DNA of 17,360 nucleotides, taken from NCBI GenBank assembly GCA_048885925.1, contig JBHLLG010000057.1:1-17360 (forward strand), given 5' to 3'. Each line of letters starts with the position of its first letter. The stretch's first letter is position 1. The stretch is from Candidatus Hermodarchaeota archaeon (lineage in GTDB: Archaea; Asgardarchaeota; Lokiarchaeia; Sigyniarchaeales; SOKP01). Shown piece by piece: positions 1 through 9,060 of this stretch. Below the pieces are notes generated by a model. It was given only the letters and a program-made list of their open reading frames with translations, was not told the origin of the DNA and did not search any database. The translations under genes were made by a program, and so were the position numbers.

Positions 1-1186
1 AGATTATCCTCGATTTTCCTGGCGTGGTTATATGTTAGATGAAGCAAGACATTTCCATGGAAAGGATGTTGTAAAAAGATTACTAGATCTTTTAGCTTTT
101 TTCAAGATGAATTATTTTCACTGGCACTTAACAGATGATCAGGGATGGAGGATAGATATTAAAAAATATCCCAAGCTTACGGAAATAGGCTCAAAAAGAG
201 AAGAAACCCAATTAGGTGCTCGTCTTAGTAAAAAACGGGATGGGATACCCCACTCAGGATATTATACACAAGAGGATATTCAAGAGATTATAAAATATGC
301 AGAAAATCGATTTATTAAAATAATACCTGAAATAGACTTACCGGGACACACTAGAGCTGCCCTTGCATCATATCCAAATTTAAGTTGTAAAGGTTATCCT
401 TTTAGAGTTTCAACACACTGGGGCTTTCATAAAGATGTTATGTGTATTGGGAAAAATGAAGTTTTTGAGTTCATATTTGGAGTTTTAGATGAAATAATGG
501 CTCTTTTTCCTTCAAATATAATACACATAGGAGGAGATGAAGTTTTAAAGAAAAGATGGAAAGAGTGCAGTGATTGTCAAAATAGGATACAGTCTGAAGG
601 ATTAAAAGATGAAAAACAATTACAAACTTATTTTACTAATGAAATATCGAGCTATCTAAATTCTAATAGTCAAAAAGTAATATGCTGGAATGATGCCTTA
701 GACAAAAATTTAAGAGAAAATCTTATTTGCCAGTATTGGTTTCGTGGAAAGAAGAAAGTTCTTGAACATATTAGGAAAGGAGGATATGTTATTATGTCAA
801 ATTTCAAATATACATATCTAGATCATTCCTATTCTTTTACACCATTGAAATTAGCATATAAGTTTGAGCCAATTCCAAAAAATCTAGGTAAAGAATATCA
901 TAATAATGTATTGGGCTTAGAAGCTCCAATGTGGGGTGAATATATTCCCAATATTAAGCGTTTAGAATGGCAAACTTTTCCACGTCTCATAGCATTTGCA
1001 GAAATTGGATGGACCCCAAAAATAAAAAGAAACTTTGCCTCTTTTCAAGAAAGATTACCAGAATTTTTAAAGAGATTTGATTTTTTTGGAATAAATTATG
1101 CAAAATTGCATGAGATTAAAGGGAGTCTTTTAAAAAGATTATTCAAATGGTTTACATTATTCGCAGAGGAAAAAGGAGGAACTTAA
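1..1186 (+). CDS. GH20 beta-N-acetylhexosaminidase, 5' partial
   Basis: Frame is open from base 2 (DYPRFSWRGYMLDEARHF), so the ATG at 32 is internal. GH20 motifs: FHWHLTDDQGWR, IPEIDLPGH, catalytic HIGGDE, YLD, MWGE, FPRLIAFAE. Confidence 0.93.
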   Translation, partial: DYPRFSWRGYMLDEARHFHGKDVVKRLLDLLAFFKMNYFHWHLTDDQGWRIDIKKYPKLTEIGSKREETQLGARLSKKRDGIPHSGYYTQEDIQEIIKYAENRFIKIIPEIDLPGHTRAALASYPNLSCKGYPFRVSTHWGFHKDVMCIGKNEVFEFIFGVLDEIMALFPSNIIHIGGDEVLKKRWKECSDCQNRIQSEGLKDEKQLQTYFTNEISSYLNSNSQKVICWNDALDKNLRENLICQYWFRGKKKVLEHIRKGGYVIMSNFKYTYLDHSYSFTPLKLAYKFEPIPKNLGKEYHNNVLGLEAPMWGEYIPNIKRLEWQTFPRLIAFAEIGWTPKIKRNFASFQERLPEFLKRFDFFGINYAKLHEIKGSLLKRLFKWFTLFAEEKGGT

Positions 1187-1196
1187 TTTAATATGA

Positions 1197-2384
1197 TCAA
1201 ACATATTCAATTGTTGCTGGAGGTTTAGGAGTAATGTCAAAATATACTGTTTTTGTTTGTGATATATCAAGAAGTTTATCTTTTAAATCGTTTAATAATT
1301 CAAATGGTAAATTTGTGACTGTTGCTGTTCTTGCATCTTTACTATTAATAGATCTTATAACTATATCATATTTACCTTTCTGATTGCTTCCCAATTCATA
1401 AAATAACCTAGCATATGCTTTAATCTTAGATGATTTTTCGATTAATCTATTGTAATCCCACTCACCTTTTTCAGAAAGAGGATATTCGTAAATTCTTTTA
1501 CCATCTATTAATCCAGTGACTTTCTTATTGAGTATATCTTCACTTATGGCCGCAAAAACTTGAAATGGCTCTTGTTCTCCTTCATTATTGATAATCATCG
1601 TTGTTCCATATTTCTCTTTATAATGATTTTCTACTGTTGATTCTACTAAGTCATGAACTTTTTTCTCGAATGTCAAGTTTTCTTCAGAAACTGGTCCAAT
1701 AATTCTTGCTGAAAGTGCTGGTCCCGGAAAAGCTTTCCTATAGATTAGCTCAGAGGGCATTTTCAAATATTCAAGTATTTTACGTATTTCGTTTTTCGTA
1801 AGACTTGCAACTGGTTGAATGGTTGCGTTTACATCATATTCAATTTCAACGTTATGTTGACTTTTAACAAAAGTTTGACTATGTGCCTTCATTAATTCCT
1901 TTTCCTCTTCAAGGTTCATTGTTTCTTTTAGATCATTGATTTTTACTCCAAAACTTTCCTCTATGTCTGGAAGTATAGTACCATCTGCAAGTAAATCGCA
2001 TTTCTCTTCCCGAATTACTTTACTGATAATTTCTGAATAAGCAGATTTGAAAAGTTTCCTTTTTGTTTCCGCATCCCCTTCACCGTATACCTTTGGTAAG
2101 AAGTCATCTCTAATATCAATAATTCTTATGTTAGGAAAAAGCTCTTTTATATGTTCGCTTTCCTCAACACCTCTGATAATCCTCATTAGTCCATGATCAA
2201 TAAACACAGGAATTGTATTGATTTTTGCCTTTTTTAATAATAGATATGTTGTAGCACTATCAATTCCTCCTGAAAGTGCACAAAACACCTTTTTGTCTTT
2301 AGCATGTTTTTTTAGGAATTGAATTGCTAATTTAACAAACTTTTTTGGCTCTACTGGATCTAATATTAGTCGATGGTTTAGCAT
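1197..2384 (-). CDS. guaA: GMP synthase, ATP pyrophosphatase (B) subunit
   Basis: PP-loop ALSGGIDS, DHGLMR, GTILPDIEES, KSQHNV, FPGPALSARI, C-terminal DITPKPPATIEY. No glutamine amidotransferase domain (archaeal split type). Confidence 0.9.
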   Translation of the reverse strand: MLNHRLILDPVEPKKFVKLAIQFLKKHAKDKKVFCALSGGIDSATTYLLLKKAKINTIPVFIDHGLMRIIRGVEESEHIKELFPNIRIIDIRDDFLPKVYGEGDAETKRKLFKSAYSEIISKVIREEKCDLLADGTILPDIEESFGVKINDLKETMNLEEEKELMKAHSQTFVKSQHNVEIEYDVNATIQPVASLTKNEIRKILEYLKMPSELIYRKAFPGPALSARIIGPVSEENLTFEKKVHDLVESTVENHYKEKYGTTMIINNEGEQEPFQVFAAISEDILNKKVTGLIDGKRIYEYPLSEKGEWDYNRLIEKSSKIKAYARLFYELGSNQKGKYDIVIRSINSKDARTATVTNLPFELLNDLKDKLLDISQTKTVYFDITPKPPATIEYV

Positions 2385-2519
2385 AGAATTGATTAATTAA
2401 ATTCCAAAATTAAGTGCTTTTATTAAGTGGTTATGATTTATGTTTTATTTATATAATTTCAAATTGGTCTAGAATTTATAAACCAAAGGAATAATTGCAT
2501 TATTTATGTATTTAAAATT

Positions 2520-3380
2520 ATGGACAAAATTAGAAAAATTAAAGTAACATTAAAGAGTAGACCTACATTTGAAGGTGCTGGTGTTCGATTAAAAAGAGCG
2601 TTTGGCTATACTGATGAATCACTTGACCCATTTTTACTTCTTGATGATTTTCATTCTGATGATCCGAGAGATTATATAGCAGGGTTCCCATGGCACCCCC
2701 ATCGTGGTATAGAAACCATAACATATATGTTACATGGTAAAGTTGAACATGGTGATAGTCTAGGAAATGGTGGAGTTATTGAAGCAGGAGATGTTCAGTG
2801 GATGACAGCTGGATCTGGCATTATACATCAAGAAATGCCAAAAAAGGATAAAAATAACACTTTATTATGGGGATTTCAACTTTGGGCAAATCTACCAGCT
2901 TCCCATAAAATGATGGAACCCCGATATCGAGGATTAAGAAAAGATGAGATTCCTGAAGTGACTTTAAATGATAATAAGACAAAAATAAAGATAATATCTG
3001 GTCAGCTAAATGGAATCAAGGGGCCTGTACAAGATATAATTACAGATCCTGAATATTTAGATATTACTATAGAACCCAATTCAGAGTTCACTCACCCTAT
3101 TAAGGAAGGATATAATGCTTTTGCATATACTATTGAAGGGGAAGGATATTTCGATGATGATAAAAAAGAACTCGTAAAAAATGAAACCCTAGTTATATTT
3201 CGCGAAGGTGATAAAGTAAACATTAGTACCGATAAAAAAAAAGTCAGATTCTTATTGGTATCTGGAAAACCACTTAGGGAGAAGGTAGCCTGGAGGGGGC
3301 CTATAGTTATGAATACAGAAGAGGAATTAAGAATAGCTTTTCAAGAATATCAAAATGGTACATTCATTAAACATAATTAA
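2520..3380 (+). CDS. Pirin family bicupin
   Basis: EGAGVRLKR, DPFLLLDDF, HPHRGIETITY, WMTAGSGIIHQE, FQLWANLP, GPIVMNT. Confidence 0.95.
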   Translation: MDKIRKIKVTLKSRPTFEGAGVRLKRAFGYTDESLDPFLLLDDFHSDDPRDYIAGFPWHPHRGIETITYMLHGKVEHGDSLGNGGVIEAGDVQWMTAGSGIIHQEMPKKDKNNTLLWGFQLWANLPASHKMMEPRYRGLRKDEIPEVTLNDNKTKIKIISGQLNGIKGPVQDIITDPEYLDITIEPNSEFTHPIKEGYNAFAYTIEGEGYFDDDKKELVKNETLVIFREGDKVNISTDKKKVRFLLVSGKPLREKVAWRGPIVMNTEEELRIAFQEYQNGTFIKHN

Positions 3381-3473
3381 GAATTAATTAATTTTAATTT
3401 GGATTTTTTTATTTCTATAATCTTAAATGACTGTATTATTATCAGTTATTTAAATTTACAAATGCGAATCTTC

Positions 3474-3743
3474 ATGGAAGCAGAGATTAATTCAGAACTC
3501 CAAGAAAAGATATATAAAAAGGTTGATAAAATATTCACCAAGTGGCTTGAAAAAGTTTCGAAGGGCGAATCCATAGAAGGGATAGTTAAAGGTCTTATGG
3601 TTGAGAAAGTAATGAATATCCTCGGAGCTTTAATAAAAAGAGCTGTTGTAAAAAAAATAGTAAAAAGAGCAGTGAGGAAAGCAGTTGATAAATACTGGGA
3701 AAAAAATCGAGTAACCATTCTGGAAAAAATTAAAAATTTATAA
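3474..3743 (+). CDS. Small basic helical hypothetical protein (~89 aa)
   Basis: Coding-like composition from ATG 3474 (MEAEINSELQ; ATG 3462 is an alternative). The TTG extension to 3399 runs through AT-rich intergenic-looking sequence. Co-oriented with both neighbours. Confidence 0.7.
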   Translation: MEAEINSELQEKIYKKVDKIFTKWLEKVSKGESIEGIVKGLMVEKVMNILGALIKRAVVKKIVKRAVRKAVDKYWEKNRVTILEKIKNL

Positions 3744-3774
3744 GCTTTTTATTATTTTTTTTAAGAGATTTAAT

Positions 3775-4632
3775 ATGATCTCTTTAAGTGATTTCAAGAT
3801 TTTTGATGCTCATCTTCATACTTATGGAATGTTTTTACACCCTCATGAAGATATATTAAGTTATATGAATTTTTACAAGGTAGAAAAAGCAATCTTAACC
3901 ACAATTAATCGAACCAAATATCACAGTAAGCAGAAGGAATATGCTTCCAATGCAAATCAAGGAGAAAATCTTTCAAAATATTTAAATGATTTTAAAAATA
4001 TGATGCCAAAAGGGCAATTGTCGCATCAAGATGTAATAGATCTTGCTAATAAAGCACCAGATAGATTTTATAAGTTTTTTTGGTTTAATCCATCATTAAG
4101 TCCAGAAGAGGAGGAAGAAAATTATCAAATTTTAGAAAATCATTTAAAAAATGGTTTTGTTGGAGTTAAAATACATGCTAGTTTTAATTTTTTTAAGTTC
4201 CCTAAAGGTATTGAAAAGTTAGTTAGATTTATGCAAGATTTTGATAAGAATATTATGCTCTATATACATTCACTTCCTAAAACGAAATTCTATGATGGAT
4301 CTGAGCCTCAAGATATTGCTAAACTAGCGACAAAATTTCCTGATTTAAAAATCATTGTAGGTCATGCAGCATTTTGTATGGAATATGCTGTGAGCATTGG
4401 AGTATTAATGAAGAAATTTAAAAATGTATATTTTGAGACGAGTTGTTCTGTTTCTTTGGGTATTTATAATCTAATTAAAAATGTAGGGCATAAAAGAGTA
4501 CTATTTGGCTCAGATTCTCCGACAACTTCAACCTTACCAATCGAAATTGAAAAAATTTTATCACTTCCAAGAATTTCAAATGAAGATAAACAAGATATTT
4601 TATATAATAATACTAGTAATCTACTTAAGTAG
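3775..4632 (+). CDS. Amidohydrolase_2 family metal-dependent TIM-barrel hydrolase
   Basis: DAHLH metal motif, GFVGVKIH, IIVGHA, NVYFETS, RVLFGSDSP. Confidence 0.9.
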   Translation: MISLSDFKIFDAHLHTYGMFLHPHEDILSYMNFYKVEKAILTTINRTKYHSKQKEYASNANQGENLSKYLNDFKNMMPKGQLSHQDVIDLANKAPDRFYKFFWFNPSLSPEEEEENYQILENHLKNGFVGVKIHASFNFFKFPKGIEKLVRFMQDFDKNIMLYIHSLPKTKFYDGSEPQDIAKLATKFPDLKIIVGHAAFCMEYAVSIGVLMKKFKNVYFETSCSVSLGIYNLIKNVGHKRVLFGSDSPTTSTLPIEIEKILSLPRISNEDKQDILYNNTSNLLK

Positions 4633-4861
4633 TAGTTTACATAATTTTTTCTTTCTAAATTCGGGATGGGTATTATTTCCATCCATTAAATCTTATATAA
4701 ATATCTATATTATTAATGAATTAATTTTTTATCATCCAATTATTAAAATTTGTAATAATAATTTGTAAAACTCATCTTATTTGTAATTTAATAATAAATT
4801 AATTAAAAAACTAAGCACATTTTTTTTTATAATTAAATTAAAATTTAGCAAAGTTGATTCA

Positions 4862-5434
4862 GTGAGTTATTTAGGGGATAATAAATTCTTGGAGAAGGAA
4901 GAAAAAATAAATTGTGATGTTATAGAAATTTCAAAGGTTGACGACACAATCATCCAAAGGCTGGTTAACAATTTAAAACTAGAAACCCCATATTTATCAG
5001 AAAGCTTCTTTATTTCCTTTGAAAGTCTTTTAAAACTGGGAAAAAAAGTAACCCCCATATTGAAGAAGTATATAAGAGAAAAGGATGAAATTCATAATTT
5101 TAAAGTAGATATTTTTAATTTTATGTTAGATTTTGCAGGAGAGAAAACCCTAGAGCATGTTTTAGTACCCCAATTATTTCATCCTGATTTTATTACCAGA
5201 GCCAGAACGATACTAAAACTTGAACAAATGGGAGATTTAACATATATTAAATATATTTTTTGTTTATTAAACGATCCTGATGATTCTGTTCGTTGGGCAG
5301 TAATACGATTTTTAGATACACATTCACACTTGATAAGAAATCCTTTGGTTAGTAAAGATTTTAAAAGTTATATTGAAAAAGAATCAAATCAAGTAATTAG
5401 AGACAAAATGAAAGAATTATTCAAGAAATACTAA
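4862..5434 (+). CDS. HEAT-repeat protein
   Basis: GTG start. HEAT-like repeats LFHPDFITRARTI, LLNDPDDSVRWAVIRFL, KESNQVIRDKMKEL. Confidence 0.75.
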   Translation: MSYLGDNKFLEKEEKINCDVIEISKVDDTIIQRLVNNLKLETPYLSESFFISFESLLKLGKKVTPILKKYIREKDEIHNFKVDIFNFMLDFAGEKTLEHVLVPQLFHPDFITRARTILKLEQMGDLTYIKYIFCLLNDPDDSVRWAVIRFLDTHSHLIRNPLVSKDFKSYIEKESNQVIRDKMKELFKKY

Positions 5435-5825
5435 AAAAATTTTTCTTTTACTCTTTTTTTAAGCAGATAAATTATTAAAGAGTTTCGCTATAAGAGTTTC
5501 CAGAAAAGAAGTTAAATCTTTTTTCCAAGTAAGGCCATCTAATTTACGTATTTTGATTGTTTTGCTAAAGTTTGTTATACTATTAAGAATTACATATTCA
5601 ATATTATCTATTGTGTTAGTGAGTTTCAATTTTTCAATTTTGAATAAGAAAATAGGAATATTCATATAAAGAGCAAGGTTAAAATGTTTGTGTTAAAAAC
5701 CAATACAACAAAATTTCAAACTATATTTAAAAACTAAGAATTCATTAAAATAATATTGAAAGAGGTATAATAATATAAATATTTAAATTGATTTATTTAC
5801 CTAATTACCTGTAGGTTTAAAGATA

Positions 5826-6359
5826 ATGGCAAAAAATTACGATTACACCTTTAAAATATTATTGCTTGGTGATGCCTCAGTTGGAAAAACGTCATTCACA
5901 AAACGCTATTGCTACAACATTTTCAACCCAAGTGAGCGTTTAACTATTGGTGTAGATTTTCACGTTAAAACAATCGAATTAAGTAACAAAAGAATAAAGT
6001 TACAACTATGGGATGTTGGAGGCGAAGAGCGTTTTCGATTCCTTTTACCAACATATTGTTTAGGTGCCAACGCCGCTTTTTTACTTTATGATATTACTAG
6101 ACCGTCTACTTTAAACAATATCGGTGAGTGGATTAACATTGTTAAACAGAAAGGTGGACCAATACCAATAATGCTTGTTGGTTCAAAAATAGATCTTGAA
6201 GAATCCCAACGCCAAATTCCAAGAGATTATGGTATACAAATCGCTGAAAAGAACCGTATGGCTAGTTTCGTAGAAATTTCGGCTAAGGAAAACATCAATG
6301 TCGATGAGGCTTTTAAGGTATTAACGGAACTTACATTAGAAAAAACAGGTAATAGGTGA
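5826..6359 (+). CDS. Rab-like Ras-superfamily small GTPase
   Basis: G1 GDASVGKT, RabF-like TIGVDF and KLQLWD, G3 DVGGEE, G4 SKID, G5 SAK. No C-terminal prenylation Cys. Confidence 0.93.
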   Translation: MAKNYDYTFKILLLGDASVGKTSFTKRYCYNIFNPSERLTIGVDFHVKTIELSNKRIKLQLWDVGGEERFRFLLPTYCLGANAAFLLYDITRPSTLNNIGEWINIVKQKGGPIPIMLVGSKIDLEESQRQIPRDYGIQIAEKNRMASFVEISAKENINVDEAFKVLTELTLEKTGNR

Positions 6360-6363
6360 TGTA

Positions 6364-7326
6364 ATGGAAGATACAGAATTTTTGTCTCTTAGTCAATTAT
6401 TTGATTCAATTGGAATAATAGAAAAAGGTATTGAAAGAATTTACCATTATCTCCTAATTAACAAGAAAATTGATAATTTAAAAGCAGTTTGCAATCAATT
6501 TAATCTCTCCTTAAAAAGAGGATATAAAATCTGCTCGGTATTGAATGATCTAGGGCTTGTACAAATCTATGATAGACCCATGAAAATCTTGGTAAACACA
6601 CCAATTATGACATTATGGCAAAATATAATCAATAAACGAATTGAAGACCTTAAAAGTGAATTCCAAGAGAAAATAGATAATTGTGAATCTGCTATTGAAG
6701 ATTTTACTAGAAAATATAAATTAGACGATCAAATCATTCAAGAACCTGTTGAATTTATTAAATATAATATTAGGAATTTTGATGAGTCTTATCATCATTT
6801 CTTAGCCACTAGTGAATGTAAAATTGCGATTGGGATTAGATATGATAATCCTCTGGTTTCAATGATTCATGAAGATCGTTTTAAAAGTCTTCCTGAGGAT
6901 ATTAAAACGGCAATGAGCTCAGGAATGAATAGAATCAATGAAAATCTTATAAATGTGGAGGTGCAGGTTATTTTTAATTCTGAAGTTATAAAAGATTTGT
7001 TATTAAGTAGAGAATTTGAATTACTTACCAATCATATAACATCATATAATATTAAATTTAAAAAGATAGACATTCATGTTACCGATGAAGCTTTCAGTAA
7101 CTTCAGCTTAACTGATAACGAGTTAATTCAACCAAGTTTCGACCCTACAAATATTTTAATAGGAACTTATGTTTCTCGTAATAAAAATATTTATCAAATA
7201 TTTCATGATAAATTTATTGAAATTTTTGAAAAAGGAATCCCAATAAATAGATTCTTAACAGAAGAAAAAGATATCAAGATATCTACTCTTACTGAAAACC
7301 AATCATTTGTTTTGTGTGTTATGTAA
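6364..7326 (+). CDS. TrmB-like transcriptional regulator (N-terminal wHTH)
   Basis: N-terminal pattern ERIYHYLL...RGYKICSVLNDLGLV...RP, then a coiled coil and a C-terminal alpha/beta domain. Starts 4 bp after the GTPase stop. Confidence 0.6.
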   Translation: MEDTEFLSLSQLFDSIGIIEKGIERIYHYLLINKKIDNLKAVCNQFNLSLKRGYKICSVLNDLGLVQIYDRPMKILVNTPIMTLWQNIINKRIEDLKSEFQEKIDNCESAIEDFTRKYKLDDQIIQEPVEFIKYNIRNFDESYHHFLATSECKIAIGIRYDNPLVSMIHEDRFKSLPEDIKTAMSSGMNRINENLINVEVQVIFNSEVIKDLLLSREFELLTNHITSYNIKFKKIDIHVTDEAFSNFSLTDNELIQPSFDPTNILIGTYVSRNKNIYQIFHDKFIEIFEKGIPINRFLTEEKDIKISTLTENQSFVLCVM

Positions 7327-7397
7327 AATAAGTATAGATATAGGAAAAATGCAATTTTTAATTTTAAAAAAGAAATAATAAAAAAGTCTAATAAAAA

Positions 7398-8933
7398 TTA
7401 GTTTTTTGTTTTTCTTTGCATCGTTTTTCCAAATTTTTCCAGCATTTTTCTTGGTGTAACTGTTGGGCGCTCATATCTTTTTAATTTCGATTTTATACCA
7501 AAAACATACTTTGAAATATCCTTAAGTCTTTCTGTATCATAGCGCATCATCATTGTGATAGTCTCCATAGCTGGACTGCCTCCACCGTGTAACCCAGCAA
7601 CTTGCATTAACCCCGCTAAATCTGAAACCACCATACCTTCTATTCCTCTGAAACATCGATAAATATTCTCTGGTTTAACTCTAGGATTTCGTTTCAAATA
7701 TTTCATGGCGAGATCCCCAACTTCTTTAGAGAAAAATGATCCTTCATAAGGTAAAGTGGCAATTAATCCTCCTGATAAATCTGCTAGGATTTTATATTCT
7801 TCATAAATATTTTCTCCTGCTAATCTTCTACCAGCGTTAGTAAGTATCTCATCTGGAATTTGCGTACCTGATGGAGACTTTTCTGAATGTTTTGCGCTTG
7901 ACTCTCCTGCAGCAAAAACAAGTTCGGCAATTCCAATAATATGAGATAATTTATCTTGAACATGAGATGCTTTTTCTATTCCGTTATATTCTGCAACTAG
8001 AGCAGCAGCAGAAGCAAGAACTTCCGACATTGCGGGTTTACAACCTGTATATGTGTGACGATGATAATGGGCAAACATTAAAGCTAAAAATCCCGCATAG
8101 GGTGTTTGTCGTGGATCACCATGACCATTCATGAATACTCGATCATTTGGGACGAAAACATCATCAAATATAATAAAAGTCTCAGCATCTCCTATATGAG
8201 TACCTGGAGCGTCTAAATGTTCACTCTGTCTATAATATGCTGGTCTTGTTAACAATTTTATACCTTCCCAATCTCCTGGTAAAGCAAATGAAACGGCATA
8301 ATCTTTATCTTCAGGACCCATGTATCTACATGGAACGACAATAAATTCATCTGCGTAAGGTGTGTTAGTAATATTAATCTTACATCCCCTAACTACAATT
8401 CCATCATCTCTTGTTTCAATAACTCTAAGATATTGATCTGGATCTTCTTGTTGATGGGGTCTTTTTAAACGATCTCCTTTTGCATCTGTCTGAGCACAAC
8501 TTGCTACTACATCCTTATCTTGAAAATATTCCAAATACTTGAGAAATCTCTTATAATGTTCTGTTCCTAAGGCTTGATCCATCTCATACGTGATAATAGA
8601 AAGTGCATTCATTGCATCAATACCCATACATCTTTGAATACAACCTGCAACACGATGACATAAAAGACGAGTCATTTTCTGCTTTTTTAATAGGTCTTCT
8701 TCACTCTGATGTATATGACAAAATCGGTTTATTTTTTTACCAGTTAAGTGGGAAGTTGTTACGCATAGATCTTCATATTCTGGGTCTTGAGCGCAATCAA
8801 ACGTCTCTTTAATAATATTCATACCTCCTCGAAGACGAGGGTCGTCTCTACCTACTCTTTCCTCACCAATGTATATATTGGGCTTCATTTTCTTTAAATC
8901 TTCAACATATTGTTCAAATGTACGAATTCTAAT
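7398..8933 (-). CDS. abfD: 4-hydroxybutyryl-CoA dehydratase/vinylacetyl-CoA isomerase-like protein (AbfD/HpaB family)
   Basis: Fe-S ligand motifs CIQRC (Cx3C) and HRHTYTGC (Hx6C), QTDAKGDR, HGGGSP. The frame extends 15 codons upstream of ATG 8888 (IRIRTFEQYVEDLKK), matching the family N-terminus and implying an ATT start near 8933. Confidence 0.8.
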   Translation of the reverse strand: MRIRTFEQYVEDLKKMKPNIYIGEERVGRDDPRLRGGMNIIKETFDCAQDPEYEDLCVTTSHLTGKKINRFCHIHQSEEDLLKKQKMTRLLCHRVAGCIQRCMGIDAMNALSIITYEMDQALGTEHYKRFLKYLEYFQDKDVVASCAQTDAKGDRLKRPHQQEDPDQYLRVIETRDDGIVVRGCKINITNTPYADEFIVVPCRYMGPEDKDYAVSFALPGDWEGIKLLTRPAYYRQSEHLDAPGTHIGDAETFIIFDDVFVPNDRVFMNGHGDPRQTPYAGFLALMFAHYHRHTYTGCKPAMSEVLASAAALVAEYNGIEKASHVQDKLSHIIGIAELVFAAGESSAKHSEKSPSGTQIPDEILTNAGRRLAGENIYEEYKILADLSGGLIATLPYEGSFFSKEVGDLAMKYLKRNPRVKPENIYRCFRGIEGMVVSDLAGLMQVAGLHGGGSPAMETITMMMRYDTERLKDISKYVFGIKSKLKRYERPTVTPRKMLEKFGKTMQRKTKN

Positions 8934-9060
8934 CCACTCTTGATTTAAAAATTATATTTTAAATTAATATAATATAAGTAATTGAGAAAAGATTATAAAT
9001 TAAATGCCTAATTAAATAAGTTATAGAAGTTATAACCATTTTAGGGGTTTTTTTACATAT

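Noticed and set aside
3446-3718. 90-aa minus-strand ORF
   Set aside because: Antisense shadow of the better-supported plus-strand gene.
4464-4768. ORFs 4464-4682 (-) and 4505-4768 (+)
   Set aside because: They overlap the amidohydrolase 3' end and run into AT-rich spacer, with non-protein-like composition.
4867-5058. 63-aa minus-strand ORF
   Set aside because: Antisense to the HEAT gene.
5459-5665. 68-aa minus-strand ORF in the HEAT-GTPase gap
   Set aside because: No RBS or recognisable motif. It could be a real small gene or a remnant, but cannot be supported without a homology search.
7398-8888. 4-hydroxyphenylacetate 3-monooxygenase (HpaB) call
   Set aside because: The Cx3C and Hx6C Fe-S ligands favour the AbfD dehydratase branch.
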